Below are positions 37,159-50,193 of a stretch of 64,000 nucleotides of DNA, in pieces. Position numbers and translations under genes: made by a program. Source of the DNA: Octopus vulgaris (lineage: Eukaryota). The stretch covers positions 199,764,001 through 199,828,000 of the forward strand of contig OX597814.1 of NCBI GenBank assembly GCA_951406725.2, given 5' to 3'. A model generated the notes under the pieces. It saw nothing but the letters and a program-made list of their open reading frames with translations. It was not told the origin of the DNA and searched no databases. Numbering within the stretch: the stretch's first letter is position 1; every line of letters begins with the position of its first letter.

Positions 37159-37318
37159 CTTTATTTAAAAGCAGCAGAAATATAACAAAAGCTGTTACAC
37201 AGAGTTTCACGTTCCGTTCTTCGGACAGTTTTTTTTTTTTAACAAAACTGTCTGACAAACGGGAACGTGAAACTCTGAGTAACAGCTTCTGTTATATTTC
37301 TGCTGCTTTTAAATAAAG
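37159..37318. repeat. Fold-back with a minimal hammerhead in each arm
   Basis: Plus 37248-37285 ctgt-CTGACAA-acg-ggaa-cgt-GAAA-ctctgag-TA-acag; minus 37192-37228 ctgt-CCGAAGA-acg-gaa-cgt-GAAA-ctctgtg-TA-acag. Confidence 0.85.
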
Positions 37319-37389
37319 CATATTACTCTACCTCTGGTATTTGAGTACTCTTTTTACCACCTTGTTTCACATTTATGTGCTTACTCTGG

Positions 37390-37437
<48 letters not shown>

Positions 37438-37439
<2 letters not shown>

Positions 37440-37875
37440 GGGAGAATTCACAAAAGACGAAGACAGGTGGTGCATACAACAAATAGATATATTTCTTTAC
37501 TACCCACAAGGGGCTAAACACAGACGGGACAAACAAGGACAGACAAAAGGATTAAGTCGATTATATCGACCCCAGTGTGTAACTGGTACTTAATTTATCG
37601 ACCCCGAAAGGATGAAAGGCAAAGTCGACCTCGGCGGAATTTGAACTCGGAATGTGACGACAGATGAAATACAGCTACGCATTTCGCCCAGCGTGCTAAC
37701 GTTTCTGCCAGCTCGCCGCCTTTTTTTATACAACAAATAAATAGATTAGTATAACGCTCAGGAAGCGAAAAAGTTTTTAACATTTCGAGCCTACGCTCTT
37801 CCACAGAAGAGAACACAGAAAGAAACAAGGAGAGAAAATAAAGAATGTGTAGTGGCTAGTGATCTATCATGATGA
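37438..37875 (-). mobile_element. PLE pLTR-like element with hammerhead variant (37775-37810), interrupted by family B SINE 37490-37720
   Basis: tctt-CTGTGGA-a-gagc-gtag-gctc-GAAA-tg-TT-aaaa; (TA)n on both sides; atacaacaaata duplicated around the SINE. Confidence 0.7.
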
Positions 37876-37876
37876 A

Positions 37877-37907
<31 letters not shown>

Positions 37908-37912
<5 letters not shown>

Positions 37913-37959
37913 CACAATTTATTCGTGATCAGAGTTATTCGAAAACCAAGGTACTACTG
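37908..37959. mobile_element. pogo/Tigger-like terminal fragment
   Basis: ttcgaaaaccaaggtactactg followed by TA. Confidence 0.5.
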
Positions 37960-38223
37960 TATATATTTACATATATAATATTATAAATATAAATATCACA
38001 TTATTGGTTCAATAAGAAAGCGAGCACTTGAAAAAATGAGTAGAGATGCTTTTTTGAATGGGATAATTTTTATTTTAATCTCAGTAATAATGTTAAACAT
38101 TATTATTAAGATTAAAATAAAAATTAACCCCCACAAAAGTCATCTCTACTCATTTTTTCAAATATATATGATATGGTACCAAGAACTTTCTTTTAATTAT
38201 TCTACTATATATATATATATATA

Positions 38224-38428
38224 TACTCTTTTACTTGTTTCAGTCATTTGACTGCGACCATGCTGGATCACCGCTTTTAATCGAGCAACTCGACCCCAGG
38301 ACTTATTCTTTTGTAAGCCCAGTACTTATTCTATCGGTCTCTTTTGCCAAAACGCTAAGTAACAGGGACATAAACACACCAGCATCGGTTGTCAAGCAAT
38401 ACTAGGGGGACAAACACAGACACACACA

Positions 38429-38467
<39 letters not shown>

Positions 38468-39050
38468 GGCTTCTTTCAGTTTCCGTCTACCAAATCCACT
38501 CACAAGACTTTGGTCGGCCCGAGACTATAGTAGAAGACACTTGGCCAAGGTGCCATGCAGTGGGACTGAACCCGGAACCAATACCTTGTGAGTAAATCTG
38601 ATAGAGTGCAAGCCCATTGTGTATCTGTGTGTGTGTGTGTGTGTGTGTAGATAGATAATATTGTTTGATTATTTATATATACATAAATACACACACATAC
38701 ACAGAGGAGTGGCCATATGTGGCCCCTTGGGCAAGTGTCTTCTATAGCCTTGGGCCAACCAAAGCCTTGTGAGTGGATTTGGTAGATGGAAAGAAGCCTG
38801 TCGTGTATAAATATATATGTGCATGTGTGTGTGTGTTTGTGTGTGTTCCCCCACCATCACTTAACAACCGATGTTGGTGTGTTTACATCCCTGTAACATA
38901 GCGGTTCGGCAAAAGAAACTGATAAAATAAGTACTAGGCTTACAAAGAATAAGTCATGGGGTCGATTTGTTCGACTGAAGGTGCTGCTCCAGCATGGCCA
39001 CAGTCAAAACGACTGAAACAAATAAAAGAATAAAAAAAGAATAAAAGAAT
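38224..39050. mobile_element. Two family A copies, divergent orientation (38224-38580 minus; 38705-39050 plus)
   Basis: Family A motifs on both strands. Confidence 0.85.
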
Positions 39051-39177
39051 ATATTCATACGTATATATATATATATATATTGAGGCTGTATGCAAATTTC
39101 TTATGTACATCCATTTATGTATTTTATTTCGCCTCCCTTTTCACTTCTACCCAAAAACATATTTCATTGTATTTGTA

Positions 39178-39505
39178 GGAGCACTCCGTCAGTTACGACA
39201 ACGAGGGTCCCAGCTGATATGATCAACGGAACAGCTTGCTCATGAAATTAACATGCAAGTGGCTGAGCAATCCACAGCATTGTGTGCCCTTAATGTAATT
39301 CTAAAGGAGATTCAGCAATGACACAGTGTTTGTGACAAGGCTGGCCCTTTGAAGTACAGGTACAACTCATTTTTGCCAGCTGAGTGGACTGGAGCAATGT
39401 GAAATAAAGTGTCTTGCTCAAGGACACAATGCGTTGTCGGGAATTGAACTTATGACCTTACAATCGTGAGCCGAATGCCCCTAACCACTAAGCCATGCAC
39501 CTTCA
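39178..39505 (-). mobile_element. CORE-type SINE family D
   Basis: Minus: gaaggtgcatggcttagtggttagg..gtgtccttgagcaagacacttt..gacggagtgc. Confidence 0.85.
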
Positions 39506-39619
39506 CTCATTGTACTGTATTATAGATGTAGATGTTGTAGATAGAGAAACCTGTTACTTTTCTATAATATAAAGAGTCTGAGCATCTCTTCAGTTCTTAC
39601 ATTTTACTAGCGGTCTGAG

Positions 39620-39809
39620 TTACTCTTTTACTTGTTTCAGTCGTGTGACTGTGGCCATGCTGGAGCACTGCCTTTTAGTCAAGCAAATCGACCCCAGGAC
39701 TTATTCTTTGTAAGCCTAGTACTTATTCTGTCGGTCTCTTTTGCCGAACCGCTAAGTTACGGGGACGTAAACACACCAGCATCGGTTGTCAAGCAATCTT
39801 GGGAGACAA

Positions 39810-39864
<55 letters not shown>

Positions 39865-40016
39865 GCTTCTTTCAGTTTCCGTCTCCCAAATTCGCTCACA
39901 AGGCTTTGGTCGACCCGAGGCTATAGTAGAAGACACTTGCCCAAGGTGCCACACAGTGGGACTGAACCCGGAACCATGTGGTTCGTAAGCAAGCTACTTA
40001 CCACACAGCCACTCCT
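39620..40016 (-). mobile_element. SINE family A, full length
   Basis: Reverse complement of consensus. Confidence 0.9.
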
Positions 40017-40725
40017 TAATAAATCCTTGCTATATTTCTATATTATTCTGTATTATGGGAATTTTTGAATTTTTCATTCAATTTGCACAGAAGTATGTCT
40101 CAGATGAAAATTTATAAACAATATATGTTACACAAATGTTTACACTTTCTTCTTTATTGTTTCAATGAAAAAACAATTTTCTTGCCAAAATGTGAAACCG
40201 TTGCAAAGTTTGTTTATTTTATAAGTAATGGATGCATGGGTAAGAAAGAGAAGTAGTCTGTTGCAAGAACAGAAGCAGAAGTCCAACAGAGGCTAGCTGG
40301 CAATAGAATGATTGCAGTGAAATTTGAGAATGAGTGAACACACACGTCTGTTATGAGTACAGGTAGAGGTAAAATATTTTGTTGCTTTATACGAAAGGAA
40401 GAGCTTATTGGTAGTGATGATATCCATTATATGTTGGTAAGTTTTAAGAAACACTATGTTTAGTGAATTAGTGAATTAGTTATCAGAGATATAACAGCAA
40501 TAACAAACCCTGGTAAAGAACAAGACTAGAAATGGTAAATTGATCTGGAGTTAGGTTAGCTGAAAAGCATGAAATATTTAAAGAACTGCATAAAACAATG
40601 AAACTTTTGTTAGAATACTATCGTCTGTGCATACAAATATATGTCTTCGTGAAGTTTTCAGAAACATTAAGAAGGAATAAATCTCAGAAAAATTTTACAT
40701 AATTTTATTATTACAATTATTATTA

Positions 40726-41560
40726 AGGTGGTAAGCTGGCAGAAATGTTAGCACGCCAGGCGAAATTCTTAGCGGTATTTTGTCTGACTTTATGTTCTGA
40801 GTTCAAATTCCACCGAGGTCGACTTTGCCTTTCATCCTTTCAGGGTCGATAAATTAAGTACCAGTTATGCACTGGGGGCGATGTAGTCGACTTAATCCGT
40901 TAGTCTGTCCTTTTTGTCCCTTCTGATTTTAGCCCCTTGTGGGTAGTAAAGAAATAGGTATTTCGTCTGCCGTACTTTCTGAGTTCAAACTCTCCACCGA
41001 GGTCGACTTTGCATTTCAACCTTTCGGGTTCGATTAAATAAGTACCAGTTACGCACTGGGGTTGATGTATCGACTGACCCCCTTCCCCTAAAATTTCGGG
41101 GCCTTGTGCCTAGAGTAGAAAAGAATTGTTAGCACACTGGATGCAATGCTTAGCAGTATTTCACCTGTCGCTACAGTTTGAGTTCAAATTCCGCTGAGGT
41201 TGACTTTATCTTTCATCCTTTCGGGGTCAATAAATTAAGTACCAGTTGAGTACTGGGGTCGATGTAATAAACTATACCCCTCCCTCAAATTTCAGGCCTT
41301 GTACTTATAGTAGAAAGGATTATTATTATTAAGGCAGTGAGCTGACAGAATCGTTAGCACACTAGGCAAAACGCTTAGTTGCATTTTGTCCTTCTTTGTG
41401 ATCTGAGTTCAAATGCTGCTGGGGTCAACTATGCCTTTCATCCTTTTAGGCTCAATATAGTAAGTACCAGTCATGTATTGGGGTAGATGAAATTAACTAG
41501 CCCCTTTCTCTAAGAATGTAGGCCTTTATAGCCTATAGAAGAAAGAATTATCATTATTAC
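40726..41560 (+). mobile_element. Head-to-tail array of four family B bodies
   Basis: Four tgagttcaaa..ggtc(g/a)act..aagtaccag units. Confidence 0.85.
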
Positions 41561-41578
41561 TTCACTAATATTTAGTTA

Positions 41579-41836
41579 GTGGAGGCACGTGGCTAAGTGG
41601 TTAGGGTGTCAGCATCATGATCGTAAGATTGTGGTTTCGATTCCTGAACCAGGCGATGCGTTATGTTCTTGAGCAAAACACTTCATTTCACGTTACTCCA
41701 GTCCACTCAGCTGCCAAAAATGAGTAACGCTGTGATGGACTGGTGTCCCGTCCAGCTGGGGAACACATATGCCGTAGTAACCAGGAAACCGGGCCCATGA
41801 GTCTGGCTAGGCTTTAAAAGGGCACAAGAAGAAGAA
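41579..41836 (+). mobile_element. Family D head and CORE with V-like tail
   Basis: aatatttagtta duplicated at both flanks; gatggactggtgtcccgtccag. Confidence 0.85.
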
Positions 41837-41944
41837 GAATATTTAGTTATACCTTTAAACATTCTGTGTTCAAACGCTGCTGAAGTGGGCTTTGTTTTTC
41901 TTCCTCTGACCTCATTAACATAAGTACCAGAGTTATATTAAAAA

Positions 41945-42175
41945 GGCGGTGAGCTGGCAGAAACGTTAGCACGCCAGGCGAAATGCGTTGCTGTATTTCG
42001 TCTGCCGTTACGTTCCGAGTTCAAATTCTGCCGAGGTCGACTTTGCCTTTCATCCTTCCGTGGTCGATAAATTAAGTACCAGTTACGCACTGGGGTCGAT
42101 GTAATCGACTTAATCCGTTTGTCTGTCCTTGTTTGTCTCCTCTGTGTTTAGCCCCTTGTGAGTAGTAAAGAAATA
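41945..42175 (+). mobile_element. SINE family B
   Basis: Full length. Confidence 0.9.
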
Positions 42176-42673
42176 TATATTGGGGGTGGTTCTTGTGTTG
42201 GGTTTGGTTGAGGGTGACTATAACATGTACTACAAATTTGTAGCCTGGAATCAAAGTTAATGATCGTGTTGTTTGGGTAGAAGGAAACGGAAGAACACTT
42301 GTCATAAATATCAAACAGCATTTAACTTTGACCATCTTCATTCTGAATTCTATTGAACTCTTTCTCTGCCTGCTTTGTATTCATCTTGCCTTGGTCAATA
42401 AAATACTATTCATGTGCCGAGAATGATTGAACCAATTACACATCTCACCTACAAATTTGTGGCTTTGCACCAAAGCGAGAAATCGTTACAATAAAACAGT
42501 AAAAATTACTACAGTAAAAATGGTTACTGGAAATCTAGATATCAGTTGCTAGTTTATTGGGGAAAAAAAATTAAATAAAAGGCCAAGTATGTCTTCTGTT
42601 TTCACAATAAATCTGTTTGCCTACATTGTAAAATAGCCTTTGACCACACACACACACATATATATGTGTGTGT

Positions 42674-43390
42674 GTGAAGGCCCATGGCTTAGTGGTTAGG
42701 GTGTCAGCATCATGATCGTAAGATTGTGCTTTCGATTCCTGGACCGGGTGATGCGTTAGGTTCTTGAGCAAAACACTTCATTCCACATTGCTCCAGTCCA
42801 CTCAGCTGGCAAAAATGAGTAATGCTGCGATGGACTGGAGTCCCGGGCCCATGAGCCTGCTAGGCTTTAAAACGGTGCATTTATTATTTTATATATATAT
42901 GTGTGTGTGTGTGTGGAAGCGCAATGGCCCGGTGGTTAGGGCAGTGGACTCACGGTCATAGAATCGCTCTTTCGATTCCCAGACCGGGCATTGTGAGTGT
43001 TTATTGAGCGAAAACACCTAAAGCTCCACAAGGCTCCAGCAGGGGGTGGTGGTGAACCCTGCTGTTCTCTTTCACCACAACTTTCACTCTTTCCTCCTGT
43101 TTCTGTTGTACCTGTATTTCAAAGGGCCAGCCTTGTCACACTCTGTGTCATGCTGAATCTCCTTGGGAACTACGTTAAGGGTACACGTGTCTGTGGAGTG
43201 CTCAGCCACTTACACGTTAATAAATGAGCTGCGACGTCACTGGTGCCAAGCTGTATTGGCCCCTTTGCCTTTCCCTTGTATAACATCGGTGGTATGGAGA
43301 GGGGAGGTTGGTATGCATGGGTGACTGCTGGTCTTCCATAAACAACTTTGCCCAGACTTGTGCCCCAGAGATTAACTCTCTAGGTTCAAA
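42674..43390 (+). mobile_element. Family D short copy followed by family C copy with composite tail
   Basis: Heads at 42674 and 42912; tail switches at about 43220. Confidence 0.8.
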
Positions 43391-44260
43391 GTAGAATTTT
43401 TTAATGTTGGCAAATGAAATAAGTATAAAAATGTGCATTGTCCATTTAATTAAAAAATTCTATATGTGGCTGAAGATTGCTCGACATTTTAAAACTGATG
43501 TAATACTTACAGTGTTTAATAAAATGAAGTAGCATGAAACAATTGTACTACACTACCTTGGATATCCTTGTTGCTTATTTTGATTATAATCACCCCATTT
43601 GGTTTATATGGATAATACCATACCAAATTCTGGTGCCTTTAACTTAAGTACCATATTCATCTGAATCTAAATTTTGCTGAACTTATACACACACACACAT
43701 ATATATACACACACACACACACGATAACAGGGAGAAAACCAATGCAACATCAATTCCAAAAGTTGCATGTAGAATTTATTGCCTGTTTATTATAGAGAAA
43801 TCCTTTGTCACTCTCAACCATTCATATTAGAGTGAATTAGTGATTGGTTTCTCCAGAACCAATCATTAAATCACTGTATTATATCTGATATAAAATATGC
43901 ATGGCAAGGTAACATCTCAAGGAAACACTTTCCTTTTTAATAAATCCTACTAATCTTGTCTATTTTGGGTTGTATATACCTTAGTGTGTTCGAATTGAGA
44001 GATATTTTCTCAGCCCGGCTGCTAACAGGATCTTATGTAAAATATGTGATGGATGAACCAAGGTCACTGAGACAACCTCAACACTCCACCACCATCATCA
44101 CCACATACTTTCCTTTTCTATCACCTTAACCCTGTCACTTCTATCATGCCAACAGATTATTCTTTATAAATTTCAATTAGACTATACCGTTTTCTAACAA
44201 TTTTTCATAACAGATAAAAAAAATAAAAACAATCTTATGATAACTTCTTATTTAGAATCT

Positions 44261-44845
44261 AGGCGGCGAGCTGGCAGAGTTATTAGCACGCCGGGCGAAA
44301 TGCTTAGCGGTATTTCGTCTGCTGCTACGTTCTGAGTTCAAATTCCGCCGAGGTCAACTTTACCTTTCATCTCTTCAGGGTCGATAAATTAAGTACCAGT
44401 TACGCACTGAGATCGATATAATCGACTTAATCCATTTGTCTATCCTAGTTTGTCCCCTCTATGTTTAGCCCTTGTGGGCAATAAAGAAATAGGTATTTCG
44501 TCTGCTGCTATGTTCTGAGTTCAAATTCCGCCGAGGTTGACTTTGCTTTTCATCCATTCGGGGTCGATTAAATAAGTACCAGTTATGCATTGGGATCAAC
44601 ATAATCGACTTAATCCATTTGTCTATCCTTGTTTGTTCCCTCTATGTTTAGCCCCTTGTGGGCAATAAAGAAATAGGTATTTCGTCTGCTGCTATGTTCT
44701 GAGTTCAAATTCCGCCGAGGTCAACTTTGCTTTTAACCCTTTCGGGGGTCGATGAAATAAGTACCAGTTACGCACTGGGGTCGATGTAATCGACAAACCC
44801 TTTCCCCAAAAATTTTCAAGGCCTTGTGCCTAGAGTAGAAATAAT
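44261..44845 (+). mobile_element. Family B trimer, period about 184 bp
   Basis: ggtatttcgtctgctgcta at about 44309, 44492 and 44676. Confidence 0.9.
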
Positions 44846-45870
44846 ATTTAGAACCAAATCTCTTTTCCTCTCGCCAAACATTTCCCCATATCTTCAAGTG
44901 TTTCTAATGCATTTCTCCATTCAAGATTTCCAACAGCATATATATCCATAACTAATCTCCCACGCCCAATTCCAAATCTCGGACTACTTTGACCTCTCCT
45001 CCACCAACCTTCTTTACTACATCACCTATAAACTATATAAATATAAAGTCTCTATAGGAGGCAGAAACAAACTGTCATCTGGATAATCATTTTTGTCATC
45101 TTATGCTAAACATATATAACACTCAATCATTTTCCCAAACCATCCCATCAATTTCCTTCAGAGAACCACTCCTTCAACCACAGCCAGGCTTGTGAAATCA
45201 CTTTAACACCATGGCTTGACTTTCACCTCAGTTCTACTCTAAGCACTTCTTCACCTGATTTTATTAATGAACATCTCTCATTCTCATGGTTTACACTGAC
45301 TTTGCCCTCTTCGCTCGTTTTTTTTTTTCTTCCTTCTTTATTTTAGCAATTCTTAGCGTGTCTGTCTGTGCGCATGGAGAGTTTATGAAGTGTGTGTGTG
45401 TGTATGCAGGTAATATCATGGTGGTGATGGAGGGATGGGCTGGGGGTTTACCCTGACTATTTTTCTCCCTGTCTTCCCTTGCCATATTTCATACATCATA
45501 ACTCTTCACCTCCATCACCAGCGTCTTCTCCATCAACTGCTCTGCGGCAACAGTAACCAGTACTTTCTCTCTCTCTCTCTCCTTCACTCCCTCCCTCCCT
45601 CTCTCCCTCTCCCTCTCTCCACTGAACACACAATTCTTTTTCTCACTCTCTCTCCACACCCATGCATATAATTACTTGACTGGTTTCAATCATTGGACTG
45701 TGGCCACACTGGGGCATCACCATCAAACGCCTTGGCTGATCAATATTTACTCCAGTCTGATACACATTTCATGAATCAATATCCTTTCAAATGGCCAAGT
45801 TTTACATGTTTTTTTCTTTCCAGCATTGTATATAGTTTTTACTAAGTGTGTGTTATCTATCTCTCTACTT

Positions 45871-45917
<47 letters not shown>

Positions 45918-45920
<3 letters not shown>

Positions 45921-46320
45921 TGTGTACAGTGCTCAGGTGCACTACAACTCATCTAAAGTGTATATATAATCAGGTGTAGTTTCGGCGGATTTCGGAAAGC
46001 ATGAGGGCCTTAAAAGATGCAGTGTCATGGCAGTCAACAACTGATGCAGGCAGTTTATTCCATGCTTCAGCAATTCTGAGCGTGAAAAAATGTTTCCGAA
46101 AGTCATGGGAGCTGTATTGTTTTCTGACTTTGTAGGCATGTCCACGTGTGTTAGACACATGGAGATCAAAAAGGTGTTCAGTGTTGTTGTTGGTGAGGTG
46201 GTTGATAACTTTGTGGGTGTTTACCAAGTCCGTCGCCAAACGCCGGAGCTTCAGTGAATCCATGCCCAGGGAAACAAGGCGCTCAGAATATGGTAGGTGT
46301 CTGATGGAGGGTATGCGTCT
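45918..46320 (-). mobile_element. CR1/L2-group LINE 3' fragment
   Basis: TRGHAYKVRK..FRKHFFTLRIAEAWNKLPASVV; ends in (TTA)n. Confidence 0.85.
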
Positions 46321-46552
46321 GCCTGCCTGCCTGTCTGTCTGTCTGCCTGCCTGTCTGTCTGTCTGCCTGCCTGTCTGTCTGCCTATCTATCTATTTATCT
46401 ATCTATCTAACTGTTTATCTATCTACCTGTCTACCTGTTTGTCTATCTATCTGTCTGCCCACTTGTCTGTCTGTCCGTCTATCTGTTCATCTCTCTTGTC
46501 TGTCTGCCTGTTCGTCTATCTATCTCTCTATCTATCTATCTACCTACCTACC
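46320..46552. repeat. Mixed tetranucleotide microsatellite (CTGC/CTGT/CTAT)n
   Basis: Direct reading. Confidence 0.95.
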
Positions 46553-46896
46553 TTTAATTGACCCCGAAAGGATGAAAGCAAAGTTGACCTCGGCGGAAAT
46601 TGAACTTAGAATGTAACAGCAGATGAAATACTGCTAAGCATTTCACCTGGCGTGCTAACGATTCTGCCAGATCGCCACCATGTATGCATGCATATATGTG
46701 TGTGTTGTGCATATGTGTGTGTGTTTGTGTGTTGTTATCATTATTAAGGCAGTGAGCTGGCAGAATCATTACTGATACTTATTTTATCAATCTCTTTTGC
46801 CAAACGACTAAGTTACAAGAATGTAAACACACCAATACCAGTTGTCAAGTAGAGGTGGGGAACAAACGTAGCACACATGCACACATGTGTATATAT

Positions 46897-47206
46897 AGGC
46901 ATAGGAGTGGCTGTATGGTAAGTAGCTTGCTTACCAACCACATGGTTCCGGGTTCATTACCACTGTGTGGCACCTTGGGCAAGTGTCTTCTACTATAGCC
47001 TCGGGCCGACCAAAGCCTTGTGAGTGGATTTGGTAGGGGGAAACTGAAAGAAGCCCGTCGTGTATATGTGTGTATATGTATATATATATAGAAGAGTGTA
47101 GGCTCGAAACGTAAAAGACATTTTCTATTCCTGAGCGTTATACTAATACATCTGTTTGTTTTGTACACCACCTGTCTTCGTCTTTTGTTTTTTCATAAAC
47201 TCTCCC

Positions 47207-47239
<33 letters not shown>

Positions 47240-47472
47240 GTTTGTGTGTCTGTGTGTGTGTCTGTGTTTTTGTGTCTATGTTTGTCCCCCCAACATCGCT
47301 TGACAACCAATGCTGGTGTGTTTACATCCCTGTAACTTAGTGGTTCGGCAAAAGAGACTGATAGAATAAGTACTAGGCTTACAAAGAATAAGTCCTGGGG
47401 TCGATTTGCTTGACAAAAGGCAGTGCTCCAGCATGGCCACAGTCAAATGACTGAAACAAGTATAAAGAGTAA
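46897..47472 (+). mobile_element. SINE family A with PLE-like fragment (47091-47207) inside its (TA)n
   Basis: Insert begins GA-a-gagt-gtag-gctc-GAAA-cg-TA-aaaga; homologous to 37438-37875. Confidence 0.85.
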
Positions 47473-47964
47473 GAGTAATCAAATACTAAGAAAGAAAAAA
47501 AAAACAACTGTATTAAATTCTATTATTTATGGCTGCATCAGTCTGAGATGCACTTTTGAAGAGATATATCCCACATATCAGAATATTTACAGTTTCAGAA
47601 ATATATATATATACTGTGTGATGGTGTGTGTGCACTTGTATATATGGATATGTGTCTAAGCATTGTGTGTGTGTGTGTGAAGGTGCATGGCTTAGTGGTT
47701 AAGGTGTTGCACTCACAATTGTGAGATTGTGGTTCGATTCCCAGACCGTTGTTCTTGAGCAAAGCATATCATTTCATGTTGCTCTGCAGTCATTTTGGCA
47801 TCTGACATGTGTCACCCATTGCACCTGTACAGGTAATGTCGATCGGATGGAACGAATGAGCTTATGTCTACACAAACATTGGATCACTATAAACAAATCT
47901 TCTGTGTAGTTGTTTGGTAAGAAATTGTTGAACCCTCATATATTGTCTAATGATGGGAGAGTCC

Positions 47965-48000
<36 letters not shown>

Positions 48001-48599
48001 GATAGTCCATTATATATATATATATATATATATATTTTATTTATCATTTTGCACTTTACTTAATCATTGTTATGTTTTATTTTATATTTAATCTTTCTAT
48101 AAGAAGTAATTTTTTCTAAATGGTATAATTTAATTTTTCATTATTGAAGTGATAAAAGGTGTTTTTTTTTTCTATTTTATATACCATCATCATCATCGTT
48201 TAGCATCCGCCTTCCATGCTAGCATGGGTTGGACTTTCAACTGGGGTCTGGGAAGCCCGAAGGCTGCACCAGGCCAGTCAAATCTGGCAGTGTTTCTACA
48301 GCTGGATATATATATTATATTTTGTGAAGTTTGATTTACTATTTCTAAATTGAATTTTTTCCTGTAAGTTTGGAATAATATTCCCTTATTATTATTATTA
48401 TATATATTGAGAGAATAAGAAATGGAGCAATTTACATTTCTTATTGGCTATATATATATATATTGAACCACAGCTTCACCTATAAATTACCTTCTACCAT
48501 ATACCTTACAACAAGGACCATACATACTGAGGTAATACCAGAAGTTCCTATGTATACATCTATCCCTTAGAAGGTTACATTACCTCAAAAGCACATTCG

Positions 48600-49180
48600 A
48601 GCATGGGGTGTTACCAGCCCACTTATGAGTACCCTTCATTCATTGGACAATAAACTTTACTTGCGAAGACCTATTGATGCAAGTGAAATCAAATCAAAAT
48701 CGCTGATGTAGCCAATGACAGTACCACCTGTGCCAGTGGAACATTAAAAGCACATCTGAGCATGATCATTGCCAGGGCCACGGATTGTCTCCCGTGCCGG
48801 TGGCACATAAAAAGCACCATTCGAGTGTGATCATTGCCAGTGTCACCTTACCAGCACCTGTGCCAGTAGCAGATGGGAAACAACATTCGAGTGTGGTCGT
48901 TGCCAGTGCCACCGGACTGGCTCTCATGCAGGTAGCACATAAAAAACACCTTTTGAGCATGTTCATCGCCAGAACTGCCTGATTGACCCTCGTGCTACTG
49001 GCATGTAAAAGCACTCACTACACTCTCGGAGTGGTTGGCATTAGGAAGGGCATCCAGCTGTAGAAACTTTGCCAGATCAGATTGAGCCTGGTGCAACATT
49101 CTGGCTCACCAGTCCTCAGTCAAACTGTCCAACCCATGCAAGCATGGAAAGTGGACGTTAAACAATGATGATGATGATGA
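48600..49180 (+). mobile_element. RTE 3'-derived family E, multi-unit subfamily
   Basis: Homologous to 27877-28440; (GAT)n end. Confidence 0.8.
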
Positions 49181-49199
49181 TTATATATATATAAAAAAT

Positions 49200-49530
49200 A
49201 ACTGGCACTCCATCGCTTACAACAACAACAAGGGTCCCAGTTGATCCGATCAACAGAACAGCTTGCTCATGAGATTAACATGCCAGCGGCTGAGCAATCC
49301 ACGGACACGTGTACCTGTTATCGTAGTTCTCAGGGAGATCCAGCGTGACACAGAGTGTGACAAGGCTGGCCCTTTCAAATACAGGTACAACTCATTTTTG
49401 CTTGCTGAGTTAGACTGGAGCAACATGAAATAAACTATCTTGCTCAAGGACACAACTTACTGCCGGGAATTGAACTCACAAATGTACGATCGTTAGCCAA
49501 ATACCCTAACCACTAAGCCACATGCCTTCA
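49200..49530 (-). mobile_element. CORE-type SINE family D
   Basis: Colinear with 39178-39505. Confidence 0.85.
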
Positions 49531-49772
49531 CATGTATATGTGGGTGGAGGGTGGGAGCATGTTTTATATAATAATAATGAAATTATTGTGTATAGTGCAC
49601 AGGTGCACTGCAACTCATCAGAGGTGCAATGTTTTTTATGTGCCACCTGCACAGGAACCAGTCCAGTGGCACTGGCAAGAACCTCTTTCGAATATTTTTT
49701 CATGTGCTACTGGCACAAGTGCCAGTAAAGCGATTCTAGTAACGATCACACTCAAATGGTGCTTTATAATGA

Positions 49773-49861
49773 TAATAATTTCTCAGGTAACCAGAAGATG
49801 GATTTGTTATTAAATAAAGATTAATACCAAATCCATCTTCTGGTTACTTAAGTAATTATTA
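49773..49861. repeat. Fold-back, arms about 40 bp
   Basis: gtaaccagaagatggatttg / caaatccatcttctggttac. Confidence 0.85.
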
Positions 49862-49898
49862 CTATTATGTATGTGTGTGTTTGTGTGTGTGTGTGAGA

Positions 49899-49938
<40 letters not shown>

Positions 49939-50193
49939 ACTGCTAAACCTTTATGACAAAACCTTCACAGGACACATTTGTTTCTGCTTTGCCATATGTT
50001 TCTACAGAATAAATACCCTCTTTATATCCAACCCAGAAAATTAAAAAGGCACAAATGCTTCATACTTAATCATCTTCATTGTGGCAACTCCTAACCTTTA
50101 CATAATTCCCTGGATCCTATTTTATAACTGTGAAGAGCATTTGCTTGATTTTCCTTCATTCATGATAAGACATTTTATTTTCATACTTATATA

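Noticed and set aside
40255-40370. Possible old RTE RT remnant (VARTEAEVQQRL)
   Set aside because: Too degenerate to support by eye
43590-43640. cacc..tatgg-ataata-ccata..ggtg, hammerhead-like geometry
   Set aside because: Core nucleotides are absent in both copies (here and 3660-3710)
45040-45215. Possible decayed GIY-YIG fragment
   Set aside because: Only scattered residues match; needs an HMM search
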